60,643 bases of DNA, filler included, from Catajapyx aquilonaris (GCA_000934665.2; 3 parts of 3 records of this genome joined end to end with filler, not necessarily neighbours in it), one strand, 5' to 3'; counted from the first letter of the whole stretch, positions 1 through 12,700 are shown. Notes: generated from the sequence alone by a model not told the origin. Program-made: numbers and translations.

Positions 1-1443
1 ACGGCCACACCGGCGGTGCGAACACAACGCTGCACCCGTCCCTCGGCCCAACTTGCCCTCCGCGAGTGGGAAAAATCGTCGTGACCGTGCGCCCTTAAGT
101 TTGCACTCTTGTCACAAATCAGCATATTACCTGAGCTTGTAACACTGCTGACTGTCTGTCTTGTTGTCCATAACTTTTGGAACACTTATACATGTCATTA
201 ATAGAGATACAGTGTGTAACAAAAGTTTCCGCCGCTACTCCCCCGCATGTCTCATCAATGACTCATGCATGACGTAATCGTAGAGAGAGAAAAAAAAATC
301 AATATATCACCAACGCGACGTGCTAACCCCATGCAACCCATATCATTTGAATCGCATTGAAAGGCCAGATCTACTTCGCCGCTCCCATAGTCTAGGCCGT
401 GAGTAGCATAACAGCTATAACTACTTCTATACGGCTACTCGGGGATCAGAAAAAACGTAGCGGTGAAGTTTATTGGTTCAAAGAACGCTTCTATTAAAAA
501 TATTGCTTAGAAACCGATCTAATAAATTGCTAAATTCCCAAAATTGTGCTAAGCTTCATACAATATCTATCATTTCGCATAGAATCTTTTCCAATATAGC
601 CGCCGGATGCCATGGAAAAGTCCGACAAAGAACTCGAGCATGTGATTTTTTGTGGTGAATTCTGTTTGTTTTGCTTGTGAATATGCCTAAAACCGCATCC
701 ATTTACGACTAGCAGGATACCCGGCGTTGCTCGGGTTATGAAATTCTTTTCCATGGGAGTAACTAATTGATTTGGTAGTAACCTTTGAAATAATTATGGC
801 TATACAACGTTGGCATACCTGTAACATGGAGCATATTGCATGTGTATTATGAAGTCCAAACACCAAACTGCGGATGTCAGATTGTAAGAAAATGCACGTA
901 ATACTCCTTCAAAATGCAGCAAAAGTATGTAATGAAAAATTGAAGGTTGTGCAGTAAATGTAAAATAGCATTGAAAGACCGGCGCCTCTCTTAGTTATTC
1001 CCCAACCCCCAAAATGGTCAATCTGGCCTGGGTGACTGTGCCAGCACAGCAGGCAGCTATGGGGTCACTGGAGAACTCAAGGCCCACCACCACGCCAAGG
1101 TGGAGATACCATCGATGAGCTTTTTTTTATATTATTATTAAAAATGAATGTGAATGAAGTGGCATGGTACTAATATGCCGTGGTGTGATGAATTATTAGG
1201 ATGTGAGGAAGTGAGCGTGAAAGAGTGTCAGGAAGAGCATGAGAGAGAAGGCATCGGCATGAAGTAATGATCAGCGGGCTTCGGTGTACACAATGTTCTT
1301 AGTTTTTCCATCTGATGCACAAACAAAGAGACTGTTAGGGCTTCCCACATGTGACGCTCCAACATACAACTGTCCGTGAGAGAAGCAGGGCTCTTCTAGT
1401 TGCAGCCCAGCCACCTTCAAAGTTTGCCCCTGAGACTATTTAT

Positions 1444-2091
1444 AGGCGCCTTCTTCCAAAACCCGACAAATCCAAGATAAATAGTTCTGAGATAATTGAG
1501 AAAAAGCTGTGGTGCCAAAGCTAATTAATATTACAAGACTGGCCCAAGTCCATCTGCTACATATGTGGATGCTGCATATGATGAGCTTTTACAAGAAAAT
1601 GATCAGCATCATCAAGTCGTAGTTTCAGGAATAGTCGTTGTGGATATGTCAATTTTTGCTGCAAAGAGAGTGGATTTGGCAGTTTTTGCAACATTGAGGA
1701 AATTTGAAAAAGGAGATACAGTTTTACTCCTCTGAAGAACGCATACGGGAGGAAGCATGACTCACTGTGGTGCCATGTGTAGCTTAGAGATGGATTTGTC
1801 TGAGTACGAAAGATATCCCATGCCAACTAGAGCTGTTCACGCTGCTTTTGTCGGGTTATGGATGATTCGGTGGATTTGTCGGTTTTAGAAACATAGAATA
1901 TGAACTTCCTGCCTGCATTTGTCGGGTTTTGCATGATCGGCCACTTTTCTTCAGGCCATTACAGCCGCATTTGTCGATGTTTGCTGAATGTTCTGTCGTC
2001 ACTTGATGAAACGCATCTTGAAGAACATATTTCCACCCTTAACTCATTTTTTTTGGAAATTGGGCTTGTCGGGTTTTGGAAGAAGGCGCCT
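1444..2091. mobile_element. Non-autonomous TIR DNA transposon inserted in the Helitron helicase
   Basis: 26-bp TIRs AGGCGCCTTCTTCCAAAACCCGACAA (1444-1469 / 2066-2091) and internal TTGTCGGGTT subterminal repeats. Splits the helicase motif SINK|SQGQ. No clean TSD. Confidence 0.8.
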
Positions 2092-4414
2092 CTCTTGTTG
2101 ATGGACATTGCGAAGCTGAGCCTTACAGAGAATTGGAGCCTCCTAAACTCAAATGGAAAGTCTGTCGGGATGTCTGGAATTCTGAGAATGTGGACATCTT
2201 CTCCCTTGCCACATCCCGAGAGAATTGTATCCTGGATGACATGGGGCATAAGAGTTTTCACAGCAAGTCTAGTGCCATTGCAGAGTCTTGGTGGATCCAG
2301 GCTGCGAATGAGCATAATGGGAGTACCAATTTTTAAAGTGAGAGAATGAGGTGGGACTCCAGGAGGTTCTAGTGAATTTAGAAATTCTGTTGGGTAGTGC
2401 ACCACCTGGGTCTCGTCTGGGACTGTGTCCACAGACTTGTAACAGTGGGAAGGACCAGGTAGTTGGTTGAGGAGTTGTGGGTTGATAAGATTGATGGCGT
2501 TGTTTTTCGGAGCTAATAGTGCTCTCTCACACAACCAACTGTGTCTCTGGTAGTTGAGGCAAAGATTGGAAAAGACCTTAAATTTTAATACATCGACAGA
2601 GGACACCTTTGTACCGATCAATCCCATGTCAACATTTCCTAGGGCATCGGTTCTAAATTTGCCATTTCCTAATTTCAACAGGTCACGTGCAAATTCTTCT
2701 GAGGAGTAGTCACCAAGCAGATAGGCCCTCATGTTCGTAGAGATGGAATTTTATAACATGAGTCCAGAGATAAGAAGACTTTAGGCAAGCTTTAGCTTTT
2801 ATCTCATCGGCTCGTGTGCCTCGTGAACACCAGGCAATGGTTGAAGTCCCCAGCCAAAACCAAAGTTACTCCACCCATAATATTTTTGCTTTCACGTATA
2901 TCCTGCAATGTCCTGTCCAGAGCTTCAAAAGCTGCTTTGTAGGACATATAGTGCACTCATCCCAAACAATTAACCTGCACTGACTAAAAAGTTGTGCCGT
3001 GCCGTGCCTTGCTCATGTTGCATATTGCATTTTCTTGTGTATCTAAAATAATTTAGAGGAAGTTTGAATGCTGCATGAGGAGACAGTCCTCCCGCCAGGC
3101 AAAAGTAGATGCTATGCCAGAAGAGGCAACCGCAAGTGCGATTTGTTGATCCTGACGAACTTTTGCCAAAAACAGATTAGTCACAAATGTTTTACCAGCA
3201 GTTCCTCCTGGTGCATCAAGAAAAAAAAACTCCACCTTTCTGACCCTGGACATTGTCTGTCAAAATAAGCAGATCTATGATCTGGTAGCAACTTTGGTTC
3301 ATTAATAGCAACCTCTTGGATGAGTTCTTGGGTGTTGTAATTTATTGGTCTCAAGTAGAATCTCACGACAAATGTTGTCAACTTGAGTGCGGTGAGCCTG
3401 AGGAAGGCCGAATGACTGCAGGTCCTTTCCTCCCATAGACATGACTTTGTCCTCGATGGCAATGAGGGCCAAGTTGAAAATGGCATCATTGTAGACAACG
3501 TGTAAGTCGGGACTTTGAACTTGGGCCTGGTACTTCAAGTCTTCCGCCAGGTGTTCCTTGTGATTTTGCCGCAATGTCAGTGGGTTTACACACCACAAAC
3601 CTGCAGCAAAATGGCAAACAACCTGCGGAGATTGGAGGGTGACTGTGACACTTCTCCCTCCGTCAGAGTGGCCTCTCACTGCCCATCGTCTTCAAGAGAC
3701 CTTGCCTGAAACATGCCTCTCTGTAGGTGGAGCAGAGTTGACCATTGACTGTTCGCAAATCCTCGAACGATGAAGGGCCTCTGACATCGTGAAGCAGCAT
3801 GCGAAGGTAAAAGCACTCCTGCTGGCTGGGCTGGCCAGCGTAGACCCTTGCCAATGCCTCCTCTTTGAAAATGCCAGGATGACCTTCCACTGGACTACCT
3901 CGTTTTCTCCGACTGCACTTGTTGTCGCTCCAGGTGTAAAAAGATGTGATCTGAGAATAGAAGAGAGTGCGGGCAAACGCATCTTCTTGACAAAGGTAAT
4001 GATGTAAGTGTTGTGTTCTTGAGAGCCAACGCATGTTGCAAAGCATTATCTTCAGTGAAATACACTCGCTGACCATTCTCCAAGTGGACACTCAGCTTAT
4101 GGATGGCGGGATGTCTCTCATGGATCGGGAATCCAAAAATGCGCCAGAAGGCTTCCTTGCTGCTAATGTACCTCCCCAGCTGGAATTGGGTAACCTCATC
4201 ATTTGTGTTTAGATTACGAAGACCGTACATGGCAGCATCAGATCCCTTATTGACATGTTTGCAAATGTACTTGATTGATTTCACAGAGTTGCAAAATTCA
4301 AAATTTATGTGTGCATCAAAGGCTTTTAACAACAGGGGACAATATAGGACGATCCAGCTGTTGTCAACGTCAACATGATGACCACTCCTCAGCTTAATCA
4401 TGGCTGTGAACCCC

Positions 4415-5797
4415 TGTGGCAAGCAGCGGACAAACAACCAAACTGTCATAAGCCCCCTGTGGCCTCTTGCCAAAGTTGTGATGTGAGTGATGCAGGATGG
4501 AAAGAGTAGTCGACAAAAATGTTTTTGTTCAAAACCAAATTATTATTGAGTCCAATTATTCACACAGTTACAGCAACTCTCCAATCAAAACAAAACACTT
4601 GTGGTTTTCTCAACCAACCACCGCTTACAATACAATATTTTCCTGACGGCCAGCAACCGTCTGAGGCAGCCCGCTTCAGCAGGAAGGCAGTCCGCACACC
4701 ACTCCAGGCTCAGTTAGGTAGGGGTAGACAACCATGGTGGCGTGGTCCCTCTCACTTCCGTCCGCCATCTTGTGGGGGAAGTTCAGCCATCTTGGAATCT
4801 TCTCCACCGACGCGTGGATGAGTGGGAGGGTGTTACAATGGATTTTCCCGGGGTGACTGGATCACCCACCTATGCAAGCCACATCGGCACCCACTGAATT
4901 TTCAACCTGCAACCTCACTTTTGTGTACAAAAAAAAACTACTCAAAATAACCCCGAAATTTCCCACCCAACTGACCGTTACACTGACTCAACCCGCATGG
5001 GACCCCACACACTGCTTCTACCCACCCGAAGCTATTTTACACTACAAACTGGACTCGACATTGGTCACCCAAAAATTGCAGCACCGACTGCCAAAAGTGC
5101 GCACACACAGCCCGGCGGCTATCCCCAATTACCTCGCGACCATACTGCCACACAAGCCTGACTCTAGTGCACTCGCCGCACACAAAAAGCTAACAGCCTT
5201 TGTCTTTACATGTCGGAGAGCAAAACCGGCACGTCTACCTAGCTCGAGAAGCACCAGACAAAGACCCCGAATTAGCGTCAGGTCTTCCTTACAAGCCCTC
5301 CTGACGATACTATCCTCCTCCTATCCAAAATCATTTCAAGACCTAAAACTATACTCCTATTGGTCAATTCAAAATGCCGCAAAATTTACACGTCACTGAT
5401 TGGACAACGTAAAATATCCATCCGCCAGGAATAACAACGCACAAAATTTGGCAGCCCACGGCCACCACTACACTCCCCCTTCTTCAAGAAGGAACGCCTC
5501 GCACAAGGTCCCACTTTTTCTGACGTCACAAGACCTTAACTGAGCCCAAACCGAAGGGCAACCACGTGCGGCCATGGGACCCCGGGAGAGGCTACTCCCT
5601 TCATAAAACAGACAATGGATTTGAAAGATGCCGCATCAGCTAATAAAGCACAAACAACTGCAGGGAAAATCCCCGCTCACATTGCTGACGCAAACTTGCG
5701 CAACATTGCGCCACATTGCATCATGATAGCAATCTGAACACTGATTTCACCATTGCTCATACTAAAAAAAAATGTGGCTCAAAAATGGACATTGACA
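4415..5797 (-). mobile_element. LTR-like (TG...CA) non-coding insertion in the Helitron Rep region
   Basis: Termini TGT...ACA with CCCC duplicated on both sides (4411-4414, 5798-5801). Removing it rejoins Helitron RRRKPE-DGG-FTAMIK. Internal PPT-like GAAGAAGGGGGAG-TGTA on the minus strand near 5470-5487. Confidence 0.65.
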
Positions 5798-6675
5798 CCC
5801 CCCATCTTTCGGGCTTTCTCCTTCGGTACAGGGGATACCCATCCTGACCAGTCTGAGTCTCTTTTAAGAGATTTCTGGGAAACCTTTTGACGCATTTGCC
5901 CTTCTCCATGCAAGGAGAGGATGGGTTGATGTGCACACATGAGCCATGAAGCATTGTTCTTTTGATGATGTCAGAGAGGGTTTTATCATTGTTAGGGTCT
6001 GGAAGCTCTGCGGATATGATGGAGTCAACCTGATGTGAGTAGATTTTAGTTTTAATCCAGATAAGAATGTGTGCATCAGGAAGGCCTCTCTTCTGCCACT
6101 CGATGGTGTACATGTCACATCTTGTCGGACCAAAGATTTCACACTTCTTGATGAGGTTCATCATTTTAATGAGCTTTTGGCGGAAAACTCGGGCCAACAA
6201 ATCATGTCGGTCCTTGGAAATCTGCCCTGGGAGAAGTTCGTCAGTGACCTCTTTCCAAGTGGGATTACAGGTGAAGGTGATAAAGAGATCTGCCCTGCCA
6301 TACATATAGGGACGTAGCTCATGGCGTCCTGCGTTCTCTCATGCATGTACCGAGGACCTCCCGTGAAATTGGATGGAAGAATACAAAGCTGACCAATGAC
6401 CCTGGCTCCACCCACATCGTTGTTGATGCCGTCTCTAAGATGAATGTAGGAGTTTACTATCACGTGCCAGCCCGGCTATAGGTGGCACGCTACTTGGAGC
6501 CAGGCCTAGTGTCCACACCAGCCTAGTCCAGTCCCCTTGTCCCACACCCCAAGGAGACTATCAAACTGCCTTTAATTGCCAAACACTAACATACATACAC
6601 AGACTTGTCTCCAATAAGGTGTGGGGACGTGAAAATTCAACCTTTCGAAGCTAGGGAAAACTAACCTAACCTAAC

Positions 6676-6826
6676 TGTTGTGTATGTGAAGGACCCTAGA
6701 GGTCAGTAGTGGTGGGGAGCGGCAGAGACCTCTGGAGGAGGGCACTTGTATGGATGGTATAGTTGCAATAAAGCCAGTGTAGTCAGAGAGCCCATGGTGA
6801 ACGGTTGATCAGTGACAAACATAACA
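6676..6826 (+). repeat. 5' LTR (151 bp)
   Basis: TGTTGTGT...CATAACA, contains AATAAA, direct repeat of 15587-15700. Confidence 0.95.
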
Positions 6827-6827
6827 G

Positions 6828-6840
6828 TGGCGACGAGGAT
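6828..6840 (+). promoter_or_regulatory. Primer-binding site complementary to the tRNA-Ser(GCU) 3' end
   Basis: TGGCGACGAGGAT one base after the LTR; reverse complement of ...AUCCUCGUCGCCA. Confidence 0.85.
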
Positions 6841-7251
6841 TTGGTAGCAAAGGACCTACGGGCGGGGGTCGCCGTGGCTCTCCGGAGTGTAAGGGGTGGC
6901 CGCGGCCGTGGCTCTGGTGTAGGGGCCGCGACGGAACAGGAAGAAGGGGGTTGGAGTGAAGACCGGCGTGACGCATGCTGGTGTGAAGTAGGAAGAAAGG
7001 AGGCAGTCCTCATCATCGAGACGGGGGGGGGGGNGGGGGGGGGGCGGTGAGCGGACGCAGCCACGGACCTCTCCTGGTACGGAGGCGAAAGGTGCGGCGT
7101 GGACCGGGGCCGGAGGAGTGGTATGGCATGGCGTGGCATGGTGCGACCGAGGCCTAACCCAGGGGGCCGCCATCTTGTCTGACGTCAGCGACCAGGGTGG
7201 CCAGGTGAAGCGCAGCCTTCCAGGGTGGCGGCGGGAAGAAAAGAAGAGAAG

Positions 7252-9150
7252 ATGGCGCTGGTGGGGGTACCTAGCCCATTCCAGCCCGGGTCAGGGGAGT
7301 CATGGGAGGACTACATCGCGCAGTTTGGGCAATTCCTGGAGGCCAACGAGGTGGAGGACAGCAAGAGGAAGAGGGCCCTGCTGTTGAGCCTTTGTGGGAG
7401 GGTGATGTTCGGGAGGATCAAGAACATTGTCAGGCCCGCTGACCCGCTGACGATGGAGTGGGATGCTCTGCTGGCGGCGCTGGCGAAGCACTTCAAGCCG
7501 AGGGCATCCGAAGTGGTGCAGCGGATGAAGTTCTACCAGCGGGCGTTGAACCAAGGCGAGTCAGTGGCAGAATTTGTAGAGGCGCTGTGCCAGCTGGGGG
7601 CAGACTGCAACTTTGGGGCGGCGCTGGAGAGTATGATCAGAGACAGACTGGTGTTTGGCCTGGGGAATGCTGATCTCCAACGGCGCATGCTGGAGCTGCC
7701 GGAACTGTCGTTCCAGAAGGCCATGGACATGGCCCTGGTGGTGGAGACTGCAGCCAAGCACTCCAGCGAGCTGAGTTCCACAGGGGGAGGTGTTCACGGT
7801 GAGGGCCCAGGCTGGGCCACAGTCCAAGTCTGACCATCACCATCAGACGAAGGGGGGCGCAGGGAGGAAGGACCAGTCAGCACCCATACTGCCTGCGGAA
7901 GGTGGCAAACCGTGCTTCCGTTGTGGAGGGAATCACGCAGCCACTTCCTGCTTCCACAGGAACTCGGAGTGCTACTTCTGCCAGAAGGTAGGCCACTTGG
8001 GGAGGATGTGCCTGGCAAAGAAGAGGCAGACGGCGCAGATGGGGGGCGCCGCAGCAGAAGAGGCCGAAGGAAAAGGGCAGTGCAATGCGGTGAGCCAGGA
8101 GGAAGAGTGGGGCACGGTGTTCCACACTGACGCGGGACATGCAGCTGTGGCACCAATCCAGGTCCAGGTCGTAGTGGACGGGGTAGAGGTGCTAATGGAG
8201 GTCGACTCAGGGTGCTCCTTTACATTGGTGAGCGAGGAGACTTGGAGGACCATTCGGAAGACAGGAGCGATGGAGCTGCAAAAGGCGTCTTGTAACCTGC
8301 AAACCTGGTCTGCAGAGAAGCTGGCCGTCCTGGGGAAGGTGGAAGTGGAGGTCGCGTTCCGGGGCATGGCACGGGAGTTACCCTTGATGGTGGTGGCGGG
8401 TAGCGGCCTAAGCCTCCTGGGGCGCAACTGGTTTGTGGCCCTGGGGATTGAGGTGAGTGGCATACATCACATGGGTGGAGGTGGCCTGGAGGACAGCCTG
8501 CTGCAGCAGTTTCCCAGGGTGTTCAAGGATGGGTTGGGGACCCTGAAGGGGCCGCCCATTTCCATACAGCCACTGCCAGAGGCAACGCCAAAGTTTCTCA
8601 AGCATAGGCCAGTGGCATTTGCACTACGGGATGCGGTGGAGAAGGAGCTGGACCGGCTGGTGGACCAAGGGATCCTGCAGCCAACAGCTCACGCAGACTG
8701 GGCGTCTCCGATCGTGACCAGGGAGCATATACTACATGTAGTATATGCTCCCTGTCGTGACGGTGCCCAAGAAAAACGCCACGGTGAGGATTTGTGGGGA
8801 TTACTCCGCCACGGTCAACACGGCCATCAAGGGGGATGCATACCCCTTGCCAACTGTGAAGGAGTTGTTAGCGTCGCTGGGTAAGGGAGTGATCTTCTCC
8901 CGAGTGGACTTGGCGCAGGCGTACCAACAGCTGGTGCTGGACGAGGATACAAGTAAGCTCCTGACGCTAAACACAACAAAGGGCCTGTTCCGGGTCACAC
9001 GTCTGCCGTTTGGGGTATCTTGCGCCCCGGGCATATTTCAACGCTACCTGGAAACGTTGATGAAGGGAATCAAGGGGGTTGCAGTTTACTTGGATGATGT
9101 TCTGGTGACGGGCCCAGACCAGGCCATCCATGAGGAGCGGCTGGTAGAAG
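7252..9150 (+). pseudogene. Gypsy gag-protease-RT (N-terminal part of gag-pol), disrupted
   Basis: ATG 7252 MALVGVPSPF...WEDY; knuckles CFRCGGNH and CYFCQKVGH...C; protease MEVDSG; RT RICGDY, DLAQAYQQ, RLPFG, YLDD. Frame change near 7790-7800 and a 43-bp insertion at 8719-8761. Confidence 0.92.
8719..8754. repeat. 36-bp perfect palindrome with 7-bp target duplication (transposon footprint or minimal MITE)
   Basis: CAGGGAGCATATACTACA|TGTAGTATATGCTCCCTG flanked by TCGTGAC at 8712-8718 and 8755-8761. Removing 43 bp restores RT WASPIVTVPKK. Confidence 0.9.
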
Positions 9151-9396
9151 CAGTGGCGGTTTTAAGGGGGGGGCGGGGGGGGGCGATCGCCCCCCCCCAT
9201 TCGGACAGGATAGTAAACGCGCCTTTACGATCCTGTCCCCGATCGTCCAGTTCGTTGCAGCAATTCGTGTCGAGCAATCTCATTGGCCGGTTTTGCTTAT
9301 GTGACGTAAGGACACGTGACCCATCCTAATGACCAATGAGTCGCGACAGTCGGAATAGTCCACCGGAGTGGAACAAGCAAGGAGCGTAACCAGATT

Positions 9397-9457
9397 GACG
9401 TCACCCGGTCGGCCGGTCACCTTGGATTCCAAGGTGACCGGCCGACCGGGTGACGTC
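9397..9457. repeat. 61-bp perfect GC-rich palindrome in the hAT 5' region
   Basis: 30-bp arms GACGTCACCCGGTCGGCCGGTCACCTTGGA and its reverse complement, with a 1-nt centre. Confidence 0.9.
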
Positions 9458-9798
9458 TTGGATTGGCTGCCACTGAGCCGCTCCGAGACAACCGCCATGC
9501 CACGTCGCGCGTCGACTCTCTCTTTCACTCCTTGACTCCTTGTAAGTGCTGTAAGTGCTGGCAGCCGCCAGCCTGTCTCTCTAGATATGAGTCATGACAC
9601 CAGACACTCGTGAGTCAATCCTGCAGTCTGCACCTCCGGGCTCCGCCGCTCCGGCTCCTGGTCAGAATCCAGTGGTAGTGCACCGTGCGGCGTGCACATC
9701 AGCGTGCGAGTGTGCCTTGGATTGACGATTGAGTGTGTTTTTGTGCTGCATCCTGTGTGAGACTGTGAGCGTGTGCCGTGTGGTACAGGGCTGTAGGC

Positions 9799-12700
9799 AT
9801 GTTCAGCAGTTCAAGCAGTTGTTCTACCAAGGTGAGTTTGGAGTTTTTAGTTATTTCCTCCTTCATTGCCATCGATTGTAGTTGTAGCTAGTAGCTTTGT
9901 AGGTCTACGGCTGGACATCTGGACATCAGGACATGGCGGTGATAAATTAGACTAGACACTAGTCCTTCGTTTGTCGGTACTGGCTGCCGGGGGGCCTGGG
10001 CAATGTGAATTTCCTATCTCCTATGTCATTTTGTCACTGGTTATCACTTTCACTAGTATTCCTTTACGCTTTTTTCTTGTAATTCTTGATCTGATATTTC
10101 AGACCTCACCGTCAAAAGGGTCTAAAAGGAAAATCACAGACTTTTTTGCGAAATCTCAGCCACAACAGAAAAGAGTGCCTCTGCTTGAGACTGAGAATGC
10201 TGACGTAGACCCTGACGACCCAACTCTTATTGAAAGGAATGAAAAATTTGGTGATGGTGATTGTGAGGATGGAGCTCCTGATGGTGTTCTCGTTCCTGAT
10301 CGCGGTAGTGGTAGTAGTGACGGCGGAAGTGTTGGGGATGGCGCTGGCGCAGGAGATGGCGGCAGTGACAGTATCCAGTCATCGACTTCGAGTGATCACT
10401 CCTACGATATTGGCAAGTTTGTAAACAGGCCACAGCATGAGATGCCTAAAGTTATTCTTGGGCAGCTCCTTCAGAATCCTTGGGTTCCTCCGAAAAACTA
10501 CAAATTTCCTCACTCTATTCACAAGAAGAGGGGGAAAGAAGAACGTCGTTTCGTGGGAATGCAGCACCTTGAGAAGTACGAGTGGTTGGTACTGTCCCAT
10601 AAGGATCAAGGCCTATATTGTAAATATTGTCCATTTTTCAACACTGGAGGAGTTGGTGGACATGGGAGGGGTACCCAACTTAAAGCTCTTGTGACAGAGC
10701 CCCTCACTAAGTTTGCAAAGTTAACCGGCAAGGACGGTGCACTGGAAGAGCACAGCAAGCTTCAGTATCACCTTGCAGCCGTGGGAGCGGGGAAAGACTT
10801 CATTCGCTCTCTGAACAATCCAGAGGCTGAAGTTGTAAACCAAGTTGACAGTCTGCATATGAGGCAAGTACGCGAAAATCGTGAGCGGCTTGAGTGCAGC
10901 TTACAAAATGTGGAGTTTCTTGCACGCCAGGGCTTACCTCTAAGGGGTCACAGTGAATCTGGAAATTTTGAGGCTAAGGAAACAAAGAATGAAGGAAATT
11001 TCCGGGAGCTCCTGAAATTTAGAAGAGATTGTGGTGACAAGGTTGTAGCTAGACACTTGTCAACTGCGTCTCCTAGAAATTTTTACACGAGCAAAATCAT
11101 ACAAAATGATTTGATTGAATGCTGTGGCCATAACATAACTTCACAGATACTTACTCGCGTCAAGGAGAGCGGATTCTACAGCATTATTTTTGATGAAACA
11201 ACCGATGTCAGCCACTCATGTCAGCTGTCCCTTGCTCTTCGGTATGTACACGTAATGAACACCAAAATTATTGGAATTAGAGAAGACTTCATACAGTTTG
11301 TTGATCCACGAAAGTTGCTTGAAGAAAAGAAACTTGCCGAACCTGAACGCAACTTGGATGAAGGCGAAGACAAATATGATGCAGATGATGATTCGGACGC
11401 TGAAATATGTTCTGAAAATGATGATGCTAAAGAGGATACCACGATGGCAGAGGATGATGTTGAGGAGGCAGTTACCGGAGTGAAGCTTGGAGAAGCAGTA
11501 CTGCACCTAATAGCCGATAACAACCTTGATCCTCTCTACTGCATTGGTATAGGTACCGATGGTTGTTCTGTCAACACATCTGACGCTGTTGGTGCCATAC
11601 AGGAGATTCAGAAGAAAGCTAAGAACGCCGTGAGAGCTCCATGCTTTAATCACTCCTTAAACCTTTCAATTTCTAAATCCTCAAATGTTGCCTCTGTGAA
11701 GAAGGCTATTTCTCTTGTGAAAGAAGTTGGCTCGTTCTTCAGGTCTTCCTCCAAGAAACATCGGCGTCTGATCAAAACGCTGAAAAGAACCTTACCAAAA
11801 CTGTGCGAGACACGGTGGGTTGAAAGGCATGGTGCTGTTCTTGTTTTCTACGAGTCATTTCACGAGATAATTTCGGCACTGCAGTCTATTTCTTGCTGGA
11901 AGGATTCAACAACTGCTTCCAAAGCCAGCTCTCTAATTTCATCCATGCATGAGCCAGAATTCATAGTCGTACTGATCTCTCTGCGTGACACCTTGTCCAC
12001 AACAATCTCCCTGAGCCGTCTTCTGCAGAAAGAAACGCTCGAGTTGCAGGAAGCTTCAGCAGCAGTTCTTGACACCCTCAGTGTTCTCGAAGAAAAAAGA
12101 CTTCATTCCGAAGAGGTGTTTGGAGTCCTCTTCAATGAGGCTTCCGCTCTGGCAGAGCAGCTGGAAATACAGATGAAGAAGCCCAGAGCAGCAGGTCGTG
12201 GTCGCCATCCCACAGAAGACGTGGAATCCTTCTATCGGCAGTCGGTCTACAATTCTATGTTGGACGCCGTTATTGAGGATATGAAAGATCGCCTCTCAGC
12301 AGATGTCCTTAGTTGCTATGAGTTGAACTCCCTGTTACCTTCTCAGATGTTGTCCAATAGCACAAGATCGAAGGCAGCTCTGAACGTCTTTGCAAGGAGA
12401 TATGCAGGGATTTTCAAGAAAGATGAGGGAACAGTTAAGAGGACTTTAGAGTCTGAATTGGCGCTGTGGAGAGCCAGGTGGCTCCGAGAGCAGTCAGCGG
12501 GAAGCAGGATTCCTTCTTCCGTCTTGGAGGCTCTGGATTTTTGCGACAAGGAACTGTATCCAGGGGTCAGAGATCTCCTGTTGATACTAGCCGCCTTGCC
12601 GTCGAGTGTAGCCACAGCCGAGAGAACTTTCTCTACTCTCAGGCGTATCAAGACCTGGCTGAGGTCCACAATGAGCGACACTCGCTTAAATGGGCTGGCG

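Larger units (their letters stand above)
709..6460 (-). mobile_element. Degenerate autonomous-type Helitron (rolling-circle transposon); 5' part cut off by a later insertion
   Basis: Minus-strand 3' terminus ...CCCGAGCAACGCCGGGTATCCTGCTAG|T (hairpin 719-736, CTAG 709-712). Rep-helicase fragments are collinear from ~6460 to 1271, with two nested insertions. Confidence 0.9.
1271..6460 (-). pseudogene. Helitron Rep/PIF1-like helicase (RepHel), frameshifted and interrupted
   Basis: Rep motifs DLFITFTCNP, IEWQKRGLP(D)AHILIW and KYICK(H)VNKG. Helicase Walker A DAPGGT(A)GKTF, LCNGTRL and FAMSINK. C-terminus SQGQTLKVAGLQLEEPCFSHGQLYVGASHVG...KTKNIVYTEAR* at 1271-1435 (my translation). Many frameshifts and stops. 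Confidence 0.92.

Noticed and set aside
9971..10102. Hydrophobic N-terminus of the 942-aa ORF as a TM or signal segment on the transposase
   Set aside because: The ORF starts at TTG within a T-rich predicted intron ending TTTCAG at 10102.
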